Made by a program: the position numbers and the translations under genes
Source: Pristiophorus japonicus
Lineage: Eukaryota
Length of the DNA: 64,000 bases
Direction of reading: 5' to 3'
Assembly (NCBI RefSeq): GCF_044704955.1
Contig: NC_091993.1
Span: 16,430,001-16,494,000 of the forward strand
Shown here: positions 1-10,983 of the stretch, one piece after another
How the letters are laid out: each line of letters starts with the position of its first letter
Numbering within the stretch: position 1 is the stretch's first letter
The notes under the pieces: model-generated
The model's input: the letters and a program-made list of their open reading frames with translations, nothing else
What the model was told of the DNA's origin: nothing
The model's database searches: none

Positions 1-2436
1 TCCAAGTGTCTGTTTTTCGCGCCCAAGGTTGAATTTTTGGGCAGACGGATTGCTGCTGATGAAATCTGCCCAACAGAATCCAAAATCAAAGCAATTCATC
101 TGGCACCCAGGCCCCGGAATGTCTCAGAACTGTGCGCCTTTCTCAGGCTACTCAATTACTTTGGGAACTTTATGCAGAACTTGAGCATGCTGCTGGAGCC
201 TCTACACGTGCTACTCAAAGGGGTGCGATTAGTTTTGGGGGGACGCCCAAGAACGCGCCTTCAATAAGGCACGCAACCTTCTATGTTCCAACAGTGTTTT
301 AGCCTTTTTTGACCCAGGTAAGAAGCTAGTTCTTACATGTGATGCGTCAGCGTACGGGGTCGGGTGCGTTTTACAGCATGTCAATGATGCAGGTAAATTA
401 CAACCCATTGCTTATGCCTCCAGGTCATTTTCGCAGGCGGAGCGCGGGTACGGTATGGTTGAGAAGGAGGTGCTCGCGTGCGTGTACGGTGTCAAAAAGA
501 TGCACCAATACCTTTTCGGGGCCAAGTTCGCGTTAGAAACCGACCACAAACCCCTCGCGTCTCTGCTATCCGAGTGCAAGGCAATAAACGCCAATGCCTC
601 GGCGCGCATTCAGCGGTGGGCACTCATGCTGGCGGCTTACGACTACACAATAAGGCACAGACCAGACACAGACAACTGTGCCGACGCACTTAGCAGGCTA
701 CCCCTGGTGACCACGGAAGGGTCTGACGAACAGGACTGTGAGATGGTCATGACAATCAATGCCTTTGAATCCACAGGTTCGCCCATGATGGCTCGCCAAA
801 TCAGAGCCTGGACGACCACATTATTCTTAGTCAAAATTTGTGTTTTAACTGGTGACTGGGCAGAGGCTCACGATGCCTGCCCCGAGGAGATCAGACCTTT
901 CCATAGGCGCATGCATGAACTATCACTACAGCCAGACTGTGTGGGGCAGCCGAGTAGTTATGCCCTTGCGAGGCAGAGAGGCGTTTGTCCGGGAGCTCCA
1001 CCGTGAGCACCCAGGGATCGTCCTTATGAAGGCCATAGCCAGATCCCACGTCTGGTGGCCTGGCATTGACGCGGATTTGGAGCTCTGCGTCCGTCGGTGC
1101 ACCATTTGTGCCCAACTCAGTAATGCCCCCAGGGAGGCCCCCCTAAGCCCCTGGCCCTGGCCCACCAAACCGTGGTCGCGGATGCATGTAGACTATGCGG
1201 GCCGATTCATGGGCAGAATGTTCCTCGTAGTCGTCGATGCATTTTCAAAGTGGATCGAGTGCACCATTTTAAACTCGAGCACCACCTCCACCACTGTGGA
1301 GAGCCTTAGAACCATGTTTGCAACGCACGGAAATCCTGACATATTGGTCAGTGATAATGGTCCGTGCTTCACCAGCGTAGAATTTCAAGATTTTATAGTT
1401 GACCACGGCATAAATCACGTTATGACGGCACCATTCAAACCGGCCTCCAATGGCCAGGTGGAGCGAGCAGTGCAAACCGTTAAACAAGGCATGCTAAAAA
1501 TCCAAGGTCCCACGCTGCAGAGCCTCCTGTCGTGACTGCTGCTAGCATACAGATCTCATCCGCATTCGTTGACTGGGGTTCCCCCCGCGCAACTATTGAT
1601 GAAACGGACCTTAAAGACTAGGCTCTCGTTAATCCTCCCAGACATGCATGAAATTGTAGAGGCAAAGCGTTGGAAGCTAACTGAGTACCATGACCAAAAT
1701 TCGAGGGGGAGGTGGAATGAGATAGGGGACAAAGTTTTTGTACTAAACTATGGCAGGGGTCCCAAATGGCTTGCAGGGACAGTAACAGGCAAGGAAGGAA
1801 ACAGTCTACTGGTGGTACAAATGGACAATGGCCAAACCTGCCGGAGGCATGTAGACCAAGTAAAAAGTAGATTCACCAACAACACTGCAGAACCAGAGGC
1901 AGACTACAATGTGGAACTCACACCACACCTGGTAGACAGACAGAGGGAACAACCTGAGGAAAGGGCAGTCTCAACAGATAGCCCAGGCGAGATACCAGCA
2001 ACCATACTGAACGAAACGGACAGCCCAAGCGAGATACCAGCAATCACACCGAAAGAAAAACAGGCACCAAGTCAAACAACTGAACCACAACTAAGATGCT
2101 CCACACGAGAGCGTAGACCACCTGAGAGACTGAATCTATAAAGACAATAAGACCTTGGGGGAGGGTGATGTCATGTATCTCACACTACTGTATATAACTG
2201 TATCTTACTATGCTATACATGACTGCAACTAGATATGACCTGTAACCACAAGCATACTTTACCACCAGGGGTGCACTTGCAGGAGACACTGCATACCTGT
2301 TCCACACAGGTATATAAAGGCAGGTCTCAGGCAAGTGTGGCACTCGAGAGCTGTGAAATAAAGGTGCAGGTCCAGAGTGACCTTGACTTCAGCATGTGCC
2401 TCGTGTAAGTCTGTACTGCAGGGTCAGGACTTTACA
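1..2436 (+). mobile_element. Ty3/Gypsy (Mag-like) LTR retrotransposon, 3' part: end of RT, RNase H, integrase, PPT and 3' LTR; frameshifted
   Basis: RNase H motifs EKE.LA..YGV, TDHKPL and ADALSRL; integrase HHCC and D-D-E (HVDYAG, VSDNG, NGQVER); PPT ggggGAGGGTGA at 2157-2168; LTR 2169-2436 TG...CA with TATATAAA (2311) and AATAAA (2357). Confidence 0.93.
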
Positions 2437-2774
2437 GAAATGTTTCAAGGACACCCTCAAAGCCTCCTTGATAAAATGCAACATTCCCACTTACACCTGG
2501 GAGTCCCTGGCCAAATACCGCTCTAAGTGGAGGAAGTGCATCCGGGAGGGCGCTGAGCACCTCGAGTGTCGATGTCGAGAGCATGCAGAAAACAAGCGCA
2601 GGCAGTGGAAGGAGCGTGCAGCAAACCAGTCCCACCCACCCTTTCCTTCAACCACTGTCTGTCCCACCTGTGACAGAGATTGTAATTCCCATATTGGACT
2701 GTTCAGTCACCTAAGAACTCACTTTTAGAGTGGAATCAAGTCTTCCTCAATTTCAAGGGACTGCCTATGATGAT
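2437..2774 (+). mobile_element. RTE-clade LINE 3' end, abutting and probably interrupted by the Gypsy element
   Basis: K.FKDTLKASL...W...A..R..WR motif, C-terminal C2H2 finger CPTCDRDC.SHIGLFSH.RTH, tail gggactgcctatgatgat. Confidence 0.85.
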
Positions 2775-2777
2775 TGA

Positions 2778-3312
2778 TTGATACAGGATGGACTATACAG
2801 AGTGGACTATACTGTGTGGATTATACGGAGTGTACTCTGCAGGATGGACTATACAGGGTGGACTATGTTATGTCTTTAGATGCTCTGATAATGACTCCAC
2901 AAGGCAATGTGTTGTACTTGAACAGGAGTGACCTTAACCCTTTATTGATAACTACAGAGTGAGAATCACACCTGGTGGCCTGCCTTTTATACTAGGCCTG
3001 GCACACCTGTACAGGTAACATACAAGTCGCCCACTGAGGTGCCCCCTGGTGGCACATCTTGTAATAGTATAAGTAGTAACCATGTAGGATACATGACAGG
3101 CTATACAGAGTGGGCTATACAGAGTGGACTATACAGGCTGGACTACACTGTGCGGGCTCTGCAGGATGGACTATACTGTGTGGACTATACAGGATGGAAT
3201 GTACAGGGTGGACAATAAAGAGTGGACTATACAGGGTGGACTATACAAGGTGGAATGTACAGGGTGGACTATACAGGGTGGAATGTACAGGGTGGACTAT
3301 ACAGGGTGGACA
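2778..3312. repeat. 14-bp minisatellite (TGGACTATACAGGG/AG)n, array 1
   Basis: Degenerate tandem units directly visible; source of the spurious GWTIQ/GLYRVDY ORFs. Confidence 0.92.
2866..3098 (-). mobile_element. Solo LTR inserted in the minisatellite
   Basis: TGTTATGT...ACATGACA termini; 5-bp TSD gacta/ggcta; TATAAAA and AATAAA on the - strand; begins tgtcatgtatc like the LTR at 2169. Confidence 0.8.
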
Positions 3313-3955
3313 ATAACAACAACAACTTGTATTAATGTAGTGGCTTTAACAAAGTGAAACATCGCAATCGCTTCACAGGAGTATAACGCGATAAAGATTT
3401 GACACCGAACCGCATCAGTAGAAGTTAACGCAGGTATCCAAAGTTTGGTCAAGGAGGTTTGTTGTAAGGAGCGGCTTGAAGGAGGAATGAGAGGTTTTTG
3501 CAGGGAGTGCCAGAGCTTGGGACCTCTGCAACAGAAGTCACGGCCAGCAATGGTTGTGCGATTATAATTGGGGATGCTGAGGAAGGCAGAATTAGAGGAG
3601 CGCAGACATCTCGGGGAGTTGTGGGGCTGAAAGAGATTACAGAGATAGGGAGAGGTGAGGCCATGGAGCGATTTGAAAATAAGGATGAGAATTTTGAAAT
3701 CGAGTCATTGCTTAACCGGAAGTCATTGTAGGTCAGGACTTGGTGCAAGTTAAGACACGGGCAGGAGACTTTTGGATCATCTCTAGTTTACATAGGGTAG
3801 AATGTGGGAGGCCAGCCAGGAGTGCGTTGGAATAGTCAAATCTAGAGATAACAAAGGCACGGATGAAGCCTTCAGCAGCGGATGAGCTAAGCCAAGAGTG
3901 GAGACAGGGCATTTTACGGAGCTGGAAATAATCCATCTTCGTTATGCCGTGGATA
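3313..3955 (-). mobile_element. L2-clade LINE 3' fragment with (TTG)n tail, copy 1
   Basis: AFV.SR.DYSNALLAGLP motif; second copy at 5527-6197. Confidence 0.8.
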
Positions 3956-5083
3956 TATTTAAGGCGAGATAGATAGGCTTTTGAACTCTAGGGGAGTCAA
4001 GGGATATGGGGATCGGGTGGGAAAGTGGAGTTAAGGTCGATGATCAGCCATGATATTATTGAATGGCGGAGCAGGCTAAGGGGCAGTATGGCCTACTCCT
4101 GCTCCTAATTCTGAAGTTCTCATGTTCTTAACTTCCCTCTCATCTTTATTAAATAGCAGAGTGACATGTGCAGTTTTCCAATGTAAAGGAACGGTTCCTG
4201 TTCGAGGTAACTTTAGAAGATTATAGGTAGGGCATCTGCAATGTTCTCACCTACTTTTATTAAAACCCGAGGGATTTGTCACTCTTTAGTAGCATTAAAG
4301 CAATTATCTGTACATTATAACATTGCTGTCTGTGGGAGCTTGCTGTGCTCAAATTGGCTGTTGCGTTTCCTACATTACCACAATGACAGATCCCTCTCTG
4401 CCTTCCCTCTCCATCTTTCTGTCTCCCCCTCTCTCCCCATCACTCACACCGTTTCTCCCTCTTTTCATCCCCCCTCTCTCTCCCCCTCCCTCTCCCCCCT
4501 CTTTCTCCCCCTCGCTCTCTCCGCCACTCCCCTCTCCCCCCTTTCACTCCCTGTCTCATTCCCTCTCTTTCCTCCCCTTGCCGTGTCCCGATTTCTATCA
4601 CTTGCTCTACCTAGCTCTGTTCCACTCTCTCATCATTTGTGTCCCTTGCTTCCTCCCCCGGATTCTCCATCTTTCTTTCATGCTGTGTCTACGGTCTCTC
4701 TCACACTGCCTTATCCTTCTGCCCAGCTGGTTAAATATTTCTAACTTTAAGCAGTTTGTCGGCCCGTTAAATATTTGCCTCTGAAACAGAATTGGCCCGT
4801 CACCAGTTGCCATTCTATCTGATATCCTTGAAAAAGGTGCGAGAATCTGCCAGTGATGAATTGTCCCTGAACAGGAGCCAACAGCTCACTGCCTGTCTGT
4901 GTGGACAATGCTCAGGCCCTCAACTGCTGAGTGTCCACATATCACCTGATTCAAATAGGGTGACCATACTTTCTAAACCCAACCTGGGGACACACAGGAT
5001 GGGAGGGAGCACAGCAAAGTATCCAGGACGGAAAAGGTAGATTGCGCAGTGTAGCGAGGTGAAATTTATTAGCAGCAAATCAT

Positions 5084-5527
5084 GATGGACAATACAGAGT
5101 CAACAATACAGGGTGGTCTATACAGGGTGGTCTATACAGAGTGTTCTATACAAGATGGACTATATAGTGTGGACTATACAGAGTGGACTGTTCAGGGCAG
5201 TCTATACAGAGTAGTCTATATACAGGGTGGTCTATACAGGGTGGACTATACAGGGTGGACTATACAGAGTGTTCTATACAAGATGGACTATACAGGGTGG
5301 ACTATACAGGGTGGACTATACAGGGTGGTCTATACAGGGTGGACTATACAGAGTGTTTTATACAAGATGGACTACACAGGATGGACTATACAGAGTGGAC
5401 TATACAGAGTGGACTGTTCAGGGCGGTCTATATAGGGTGATCCATACAGGGTGGACTATACAGGGTGGACTATACAGGGTGGACTATACAGGGTGATCTA
5501 TACAGGGTGGGTTATGCTGGATGGACA
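5084..5527. repeat. 14-bp minisatellite (TGGACTATACAGGG)n, array 2
   Basis: Same unit as array 1. Confidence 0.92.
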
Positions 5528-6197
5528 ACAACAACAACAACTTGTATTTATATAGTGGCTTTAACATAGTGAAACATCGCAAGTCGCTTCACAGGAGTAT
5601 AATGCAATAAAAATTTGACACCGAGCCATATAAGTATAAGGTAGCACAGGTATCCAAAGTTTGGTTAAAGAGGTATGTTGTAAGGAACGTCTGAAGGAGG
5701 AAAGCGAGGTTTAGGCAAAGAGTTCCAGAGCTTGGGACCTCGGCAACAGAAGTCACGGCCAGCAATGGTTGAGCGATTATAATCGGGGATGCTGAGGAAG
5801 GCAGAATCAGAGGAGCGCAGACATCTCGGGGGGTTGTGGGGCTGAAAGAGATTACAGAGATAGGGAGGGGTGAGGCTATGGAGGGATTTGAAAATAAGGA
5901 TGAGAATTTTGAAATCGGGCCATTGTTTAATCGGAAGCCAATGTAGATCAGGAAGCAGAGGGGTGATGGGTGAGCAGGACTTGCTGCGAGTTAGGACATG
6001 GGCAGGCGTCTTTTGGATCACCTCTAGTTTACGTAGGGTAGAATGTGGGAGGCCAGGCAGGAGTGCGTTGGAATAGTCAAGTCTAGAGGTAACAAAGGAA
6101 TGGATGAGGGCTTCAGCAGCGGATGAGCTGAGGCAAGGGCGGAGATAGGGGATGTTACGGAGATGGAAATATCCGTCTTCGTTATGCCACGGATGTA
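5527..6197 (-). mobile_element. L2-clade LINE 3' fragment, copy 2 (part of the tandem duplication)
   Basis: ITP.L.DLHWLP and GPKLWNSLP motifs; collinear with 3313-3955. Confidence 0.8.
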
Positions 6198-7375
6198 TTT
6201 AAGGCGAGATAAATAGATTTTTGAACTCTAGGAAAGTCAAGGGATATGGGGATCGAGTGGGAAAGTGGAGTTAAGGTCGATGATCAGCCATGATATTATT
6301 GAATGGCGGAGCAGGCTGAGGGGCAGTATGGCCTACTCCTGCTTCTAATTCTGAAGTTCTCATGTTCTTAACTTCCGTCTCTCATCTTTATTAAATAACA
6401 GAGTGACATGTGCAATTTTCCAATGTAAAGGAACGGTTCCTGTTCGAGGTAACTTTAGAAGATTATAGGTAGGTTCTTACCTACTTTTATTAAAACCCGA
6501 GGGATTTGTCACTCTTTAGTACCATTAAAGCAATTATCTGTACATTATAACATTGCTGCCTGTGGGAGCTTGCTGTGCGCAAATTGGCTGTTGCGTTTCC
6601 TACATTACCACAATGACAGATCCCTCTCTTCCCTCCCTCTCCATCTTTCTGTCTCCCCCTCTCTCCCCATCATTCACACCGTCTCTCCCTCTTTTCATCC
6701 CCCTCTCTCCTCCTCACTCTCTCTCTCCCTCTCACCTCCTCTCTCTCACCTCCACTCTCTCCCCTCCCTCTTCCTCTGGCCCCGCTTTCACCCCCTCATT
6801 CTCTCCGCTACCCTTCCCGCCCCTTTCACTCCCTCTCTCTCCTCCTCCTGTTCATGTCCCAATTTCTATCACTTGCTCTACCTAGCTCTGTTCCACTCTC
6901 TCATCATTTGTGTCCCTTGCTTCCTCTCCCGGATTCTCCATCTTTCTTTCATGTTATGTCTATGTGTCTATCTCACCCTGCCTTATCCTTCTGCCCAGCT
7001 GGTTAAATATTTCTAACTTTAAGCAGTTTGTCGGCCCATTAAATATTTGCCTCTGAAACGGAATTGGCCCGTCACCAGTTGCCGTTCTATCTGATATCCT
7101 TGAACAAGGTGCAAACATCTGCCAGTGATGAATTGTCCCTGAACAGGAGCCAACAGCTCACTGCCTGTCTGTGTGGACAATGCTCAGGCCCTCAACTGCT
7201 GAGTGTCCACATATCACCAGATTAAATTAGGGTGACCATACTTTCTGAACCCAACCTGGGGACACACAGGGTGGGAGGGAGCACAGCAGTGTATCCAGGA
7301 CGGAAAAGGTAGATTGCGCAGCGAGGTGAAATTTATTAGCAGCAAATCATGGGAGTGAGGCACCGAGCGAGATAG

Positions 7376-7892
7376 AGCCAGTTAGTCTGACATCAGTCAT
7401 CGGGTAAATGCTGGAATCCTTTGTTAAAGAAATGGTAACAGGGCACTTAGAAAATCATAACATGATCAGGCACAGCCAATATGGTTTCATGAAAGGGAAA
7501 TCGTGTTTGACAAATTTATTAGTTTTTTGAGGATGTAACTGGCAGGTTAGATAAAGGGGGAAGCAGTGCATATAATATATTTGGATTTCAGAAAGGCATT
7601 CTATAAGGTGCCACATAAAAGGTTATTACACAAGATAAGAGCTCATGGGATTGGAAGTAATGTACGAGCATGGATAGAGGATTGGTTAAGGGACAGAAAA
7701 CAGAGAGTAGGGATAAATAGGTCTTTTTCAGGTTGGCAGGCTGTAACTTGTGGGGTGCCGCAAGGATTAGTGCTTGGGACTCAGCTATTTACTATCTATA
7801 TTAATGACTTCGATGAAGGGACCGAGTGCAATGTATCCAAATTTACTGACGATACAAAGCTAGGTGGAACAGTAAGCTGTGATGAGGACACA
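7376..7892 (+). mobile_element. CR1-clade LINE reverse-transcriptase fragment
   Basis: YLDF.KAF.KVPH, GVPQG.VLG, FTDDTKL motifs. Confidence 0.88.
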
Positions 7893-7998
7893 AAGGGGAC
7901 AAAATTGCCCTTTTTTTTTTAGCCCCATTGTGGGCCATACAGGGGGGAGTATCGAGGGGGGAGTATCGAGGGGGGAGTACCGAGGGGGGAGTATAGAA

Positions 7999-8391
7999 GC
8001 AGGTACAGCAGGAGTGGCGAGGTCAGGGCGCAGGAGTGGCGAGAGATTGTAGAGGGTGTGTAATCGGGGTCCAGAAGAGCCGAGGGCCAGGGGCAGCACG
8101 GGCCAGTCCACACTGCGATATGTGTGCGCACTAGGTCCGTGCAGCAGAGCTGGTCTCCAGTCGTCCTGGTTAACCCTTTCCACTGGACCAAGACCGAGCT
8201 CTGTCAAGCCCGTGTGGTGACTGGTGTGCAACGGCCACCACACGTTAAAAAAATCCCCGCACAGGCATCTTCCACCCTTCAGGATAAAGTTCGGGATCTG
8301 GAATATTAGATCCTTCATTGAAACACCTGTGAACTTCTTGACGTGGAAACAAGTCACCCTCAATTTGAGGGACTGCCTATGATGATGATGA
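7999..8391 (+). mobile_element. Non-autonomous RTE-derived retroposon, copy A (5' truncated)
   Basis: Shares its body with 25212-25827 and 62532-62992, and shares the gggactgcctatgatgatg tail with the RTE LINE at 2437-2774. Confidence 0.75.
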
Positions 8392-8519
8392 TTGTACAAC
8401 AGCTGTATTCTATATTAATGTGTGTTTCCCCAGTGCTGGTGAAGTGTTCTTTAATCAGCAACAGTAACCATTCAATGAGCTTCTCCTCCTTTTTAACAGG
8501 TAGTTTCACTGGGATGGAT

Positions 8520-9085
8520 TGGATATGGTAGTGTAGTGGTTGAGTTACCGGACTAGTAATCCAGATCCCTAGACTAATAATCACAAGTTCACCATGGCAG
8601 TTTGAGAATTTGAATTCAGTTTAAAAAAAAAAAAAAATTTGAAATACTACTTCTTTCGTATGGTAGTAGCAAAGCGAATCAAATGTCAATATCCAAGTTG
8701 GATATCCAGGCCAAAGCTTCCAGTGTAACAGCGTGGATATCTTGTAGGCTGCCTGTGAATTCCCTCTGAGGGCAATGCTAAATGATGTGCTCCAGGGTTT
8801 GATTCGGAGCTCCACAGTCACATGATGGGGATGCTTCAATCTTTTACCGATGGAGAAGGTGACAGCATCGACTGTGACCGATTCTGAGGTGGTTGATGGT
8901 TGGAATAAAAAGTTGCTGTCAATAAAGTAACCATTAAACTGTCAGATTAAACCCAACTCATTCACTAATGTCCTTTTTTTGGGAAGAAATCTGCCGTCCT
9001 TTCCTGGTCTGGCCTATATATATATATATATATATATATGACTCCAGTCCCACACCAATATGGGTTGGCTCTGAAGTGCCCTATA
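8520..9085 (+). mobile_element. tRNA-headed SINE, split by a ~260-bp insert and containing (TA)n
   Basis: Degenerate A-box (gtgtagtggtt) and B-box remnant; body gaaatctgccgtcctt.cctggtctggcctatat. Confidence 0.5.
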
Positions 9086-9649
9086 TCAAACCGTGACATG
9101 GTTCTGCCCATATTTTGAGAATGAATTAAAGAAAAGGATGGTGGCAACTCTGAGCTGTAAAGCTAGACATGCATGATACTCCGCCACCCCTCCCTCACCC
9201 CTCGCCCCCACCCTTCCCCCCGCCACTCCCACCACCCACTGCACTGCACTGCATCACCGGCACTGCATGTGGTAAAATACAAGCCAACTGCAGCCTGAAA
9301 GTACAGCCAATGCTGAACCATCATTTGTATGGGACTCGGCCTCTTATTCCAATACTTGAGTGGGAAAATTTGCATAGCTTTGGGAAAGGACAGGGGAATC
9401 AGACTAATTGGATAGGTCTTTTAAAGAGCTGGCACAGGCATGATGTTCCAAACAACTTGATCATTACAAAATAATTCACTCTGGATATAGGGCCGCCCTT
9501 CCTTTCCAGGTTCTTTGACGCATTAGCTGATGTTCCGACAGTATGTTATCAGTTGCCTTTAAGATCATGTCATTTGTCACATGTTAAAGTGTAATTTGGA
9601 AACTGTCAGATTTGGCACTGGGCTTTTATTCAGTAATAATACAATAAAA

Positions 9650-10165
9650 CATTCCCACTTCTGACCTTATGATGGAGGTTAGCTCATTGATGGTTGGGTC
9701 TAGGACACTGCCCTGAGGAACTCCTGCAGCGATGTCCTGGGGCTGGGATGATTGACCTCCAACAACCACAACCCTTTTCCTTTGTGCTAGGTATGACTCC
9801 AGCTAGTGGAGAGTTTTCCTCCTGATTCCCATTGACTTCAATTTTACTCGGGCTCCTTGATGCCACTTGGTCAAATGCTGTCTTGATGTCACGGGCAGTC
9901 ACTCGCACCTCATCTCTGGAATTCAGTATTTTTATCCATGTTTGGACCAAGGATGTAATGTCTGGAGCTGAGTGCTCCTGGCGGAACCCAAACTGGGCAT
10001 CGCTGAGCAGGTTATTGGTGAGGAACTGCCGCTTGATAGCACTGTTTACGACACTTTCCATCACTTTGCTGATGATTGAGAGTAGACTGATGGGGCGGTA
10101 ATTGGCTGGATTGGATTTGTCCTGCTTTTTGTAGACAGGGCATACCTGGGCAATTATCCACATTT
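9650..10165 (-). mobile_element. CR1-group LINE RT fragment (same family as 45150-46800)
   Basis: KKQDKSNPANYRPISLLSIISKVME and QFGFRQ motifs. Confidence 0.85.
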
Positions 10166-10397
10166 TCTTCAGCACTATTAGTCATAATGCTAAAAATGTA
10201 GACACAATCTTATCTATATAGACAACACATAGTGATGTCAATGGACTGACAATCGGGGCAAGCAATCTGCTCCACTGATTATCAGCCAGCGTGAGAACCA
10301 AAATATATCCCATTCATTTTAAAGAGACAGCGAGGCACCAGAAAGAAAAGGTGAGAGAGAATAGGAGAAAGAAAGGAGAGAGAGAAAGGGAAAAAGA

Positions 10398-10590
10398 AAG
10401 AAAGACTTGCATTTATATGGAATGTTTCATAACCTCAGGACTTGCCAAAGTGAATTACAGCCAATGAAGTACTTTTTTTGGAAGTGTCTCTGTTGTAATG
10501 TAGGAATCGCAGCAGCCAATTTGTGCACAGCAAGGTCCCACAAATAGCTAGGAGATAAATGACCAGTTAATCTGTTTTAGCGATGTTGGC
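10398..10590 (-). mobile_element. Deu-domain SINE 3' fragment
   Basis: Matches the 3' half of the copies at 14868, 17337 and 29602. Confidence 0.7.
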
Positions 10591-10983
10591 ATTTGCAAAA
10601 CAGTGGGAACACTGTTCTATATGTACATGCGTTTACAAATTTGCAATATATACTCAGCAGTAGAATTCTTCCCCCCAAGTTTGTTGTTCTTGATGCATTT
10701 CTGTGGTTTCAGAATACAAAACAAATGTTTCTAGTAGTGAGATAGGGAATAAGATAATCCTTACACATGGAAATATTTGTGGATTTTAGCTTTTCAAAGT
10801 GCAACTTATGTTTTCAGTTATAATGATGGTTCAGACCGGTATTATATGTTCAACAGCAACCGCAAAAATAAAATGCCCTGTAACAAGTTCTCCTGTCAAG
10901 GAACATTGGAATTGAAATCGCAATGTGATATTTTAATCTTCAGATTTTGTAATTTGAATCCGTTGGTTTTATTGCATGAGCAC

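Noticed and set aside
4241-4784. Pro/Ser/Leu-rich ORFs (also 6553-7016)
   Set aside because: SINE fragment plus CT-rich low-complexity tract
3110-5496. Repetitive ORFs (GWTIQGGLYRVDYT)n and a superficially array-like repeat
   Set aside because: Translation of a 14-bp minisatellite with no unique spacers; not CRISPR and not a gene
10777-10980. ttttcag acceptor-like site and ORF as a possible extra GLDN exon
   Set aside because: No resemblance to gliomedin, and the frame runs into an LTR
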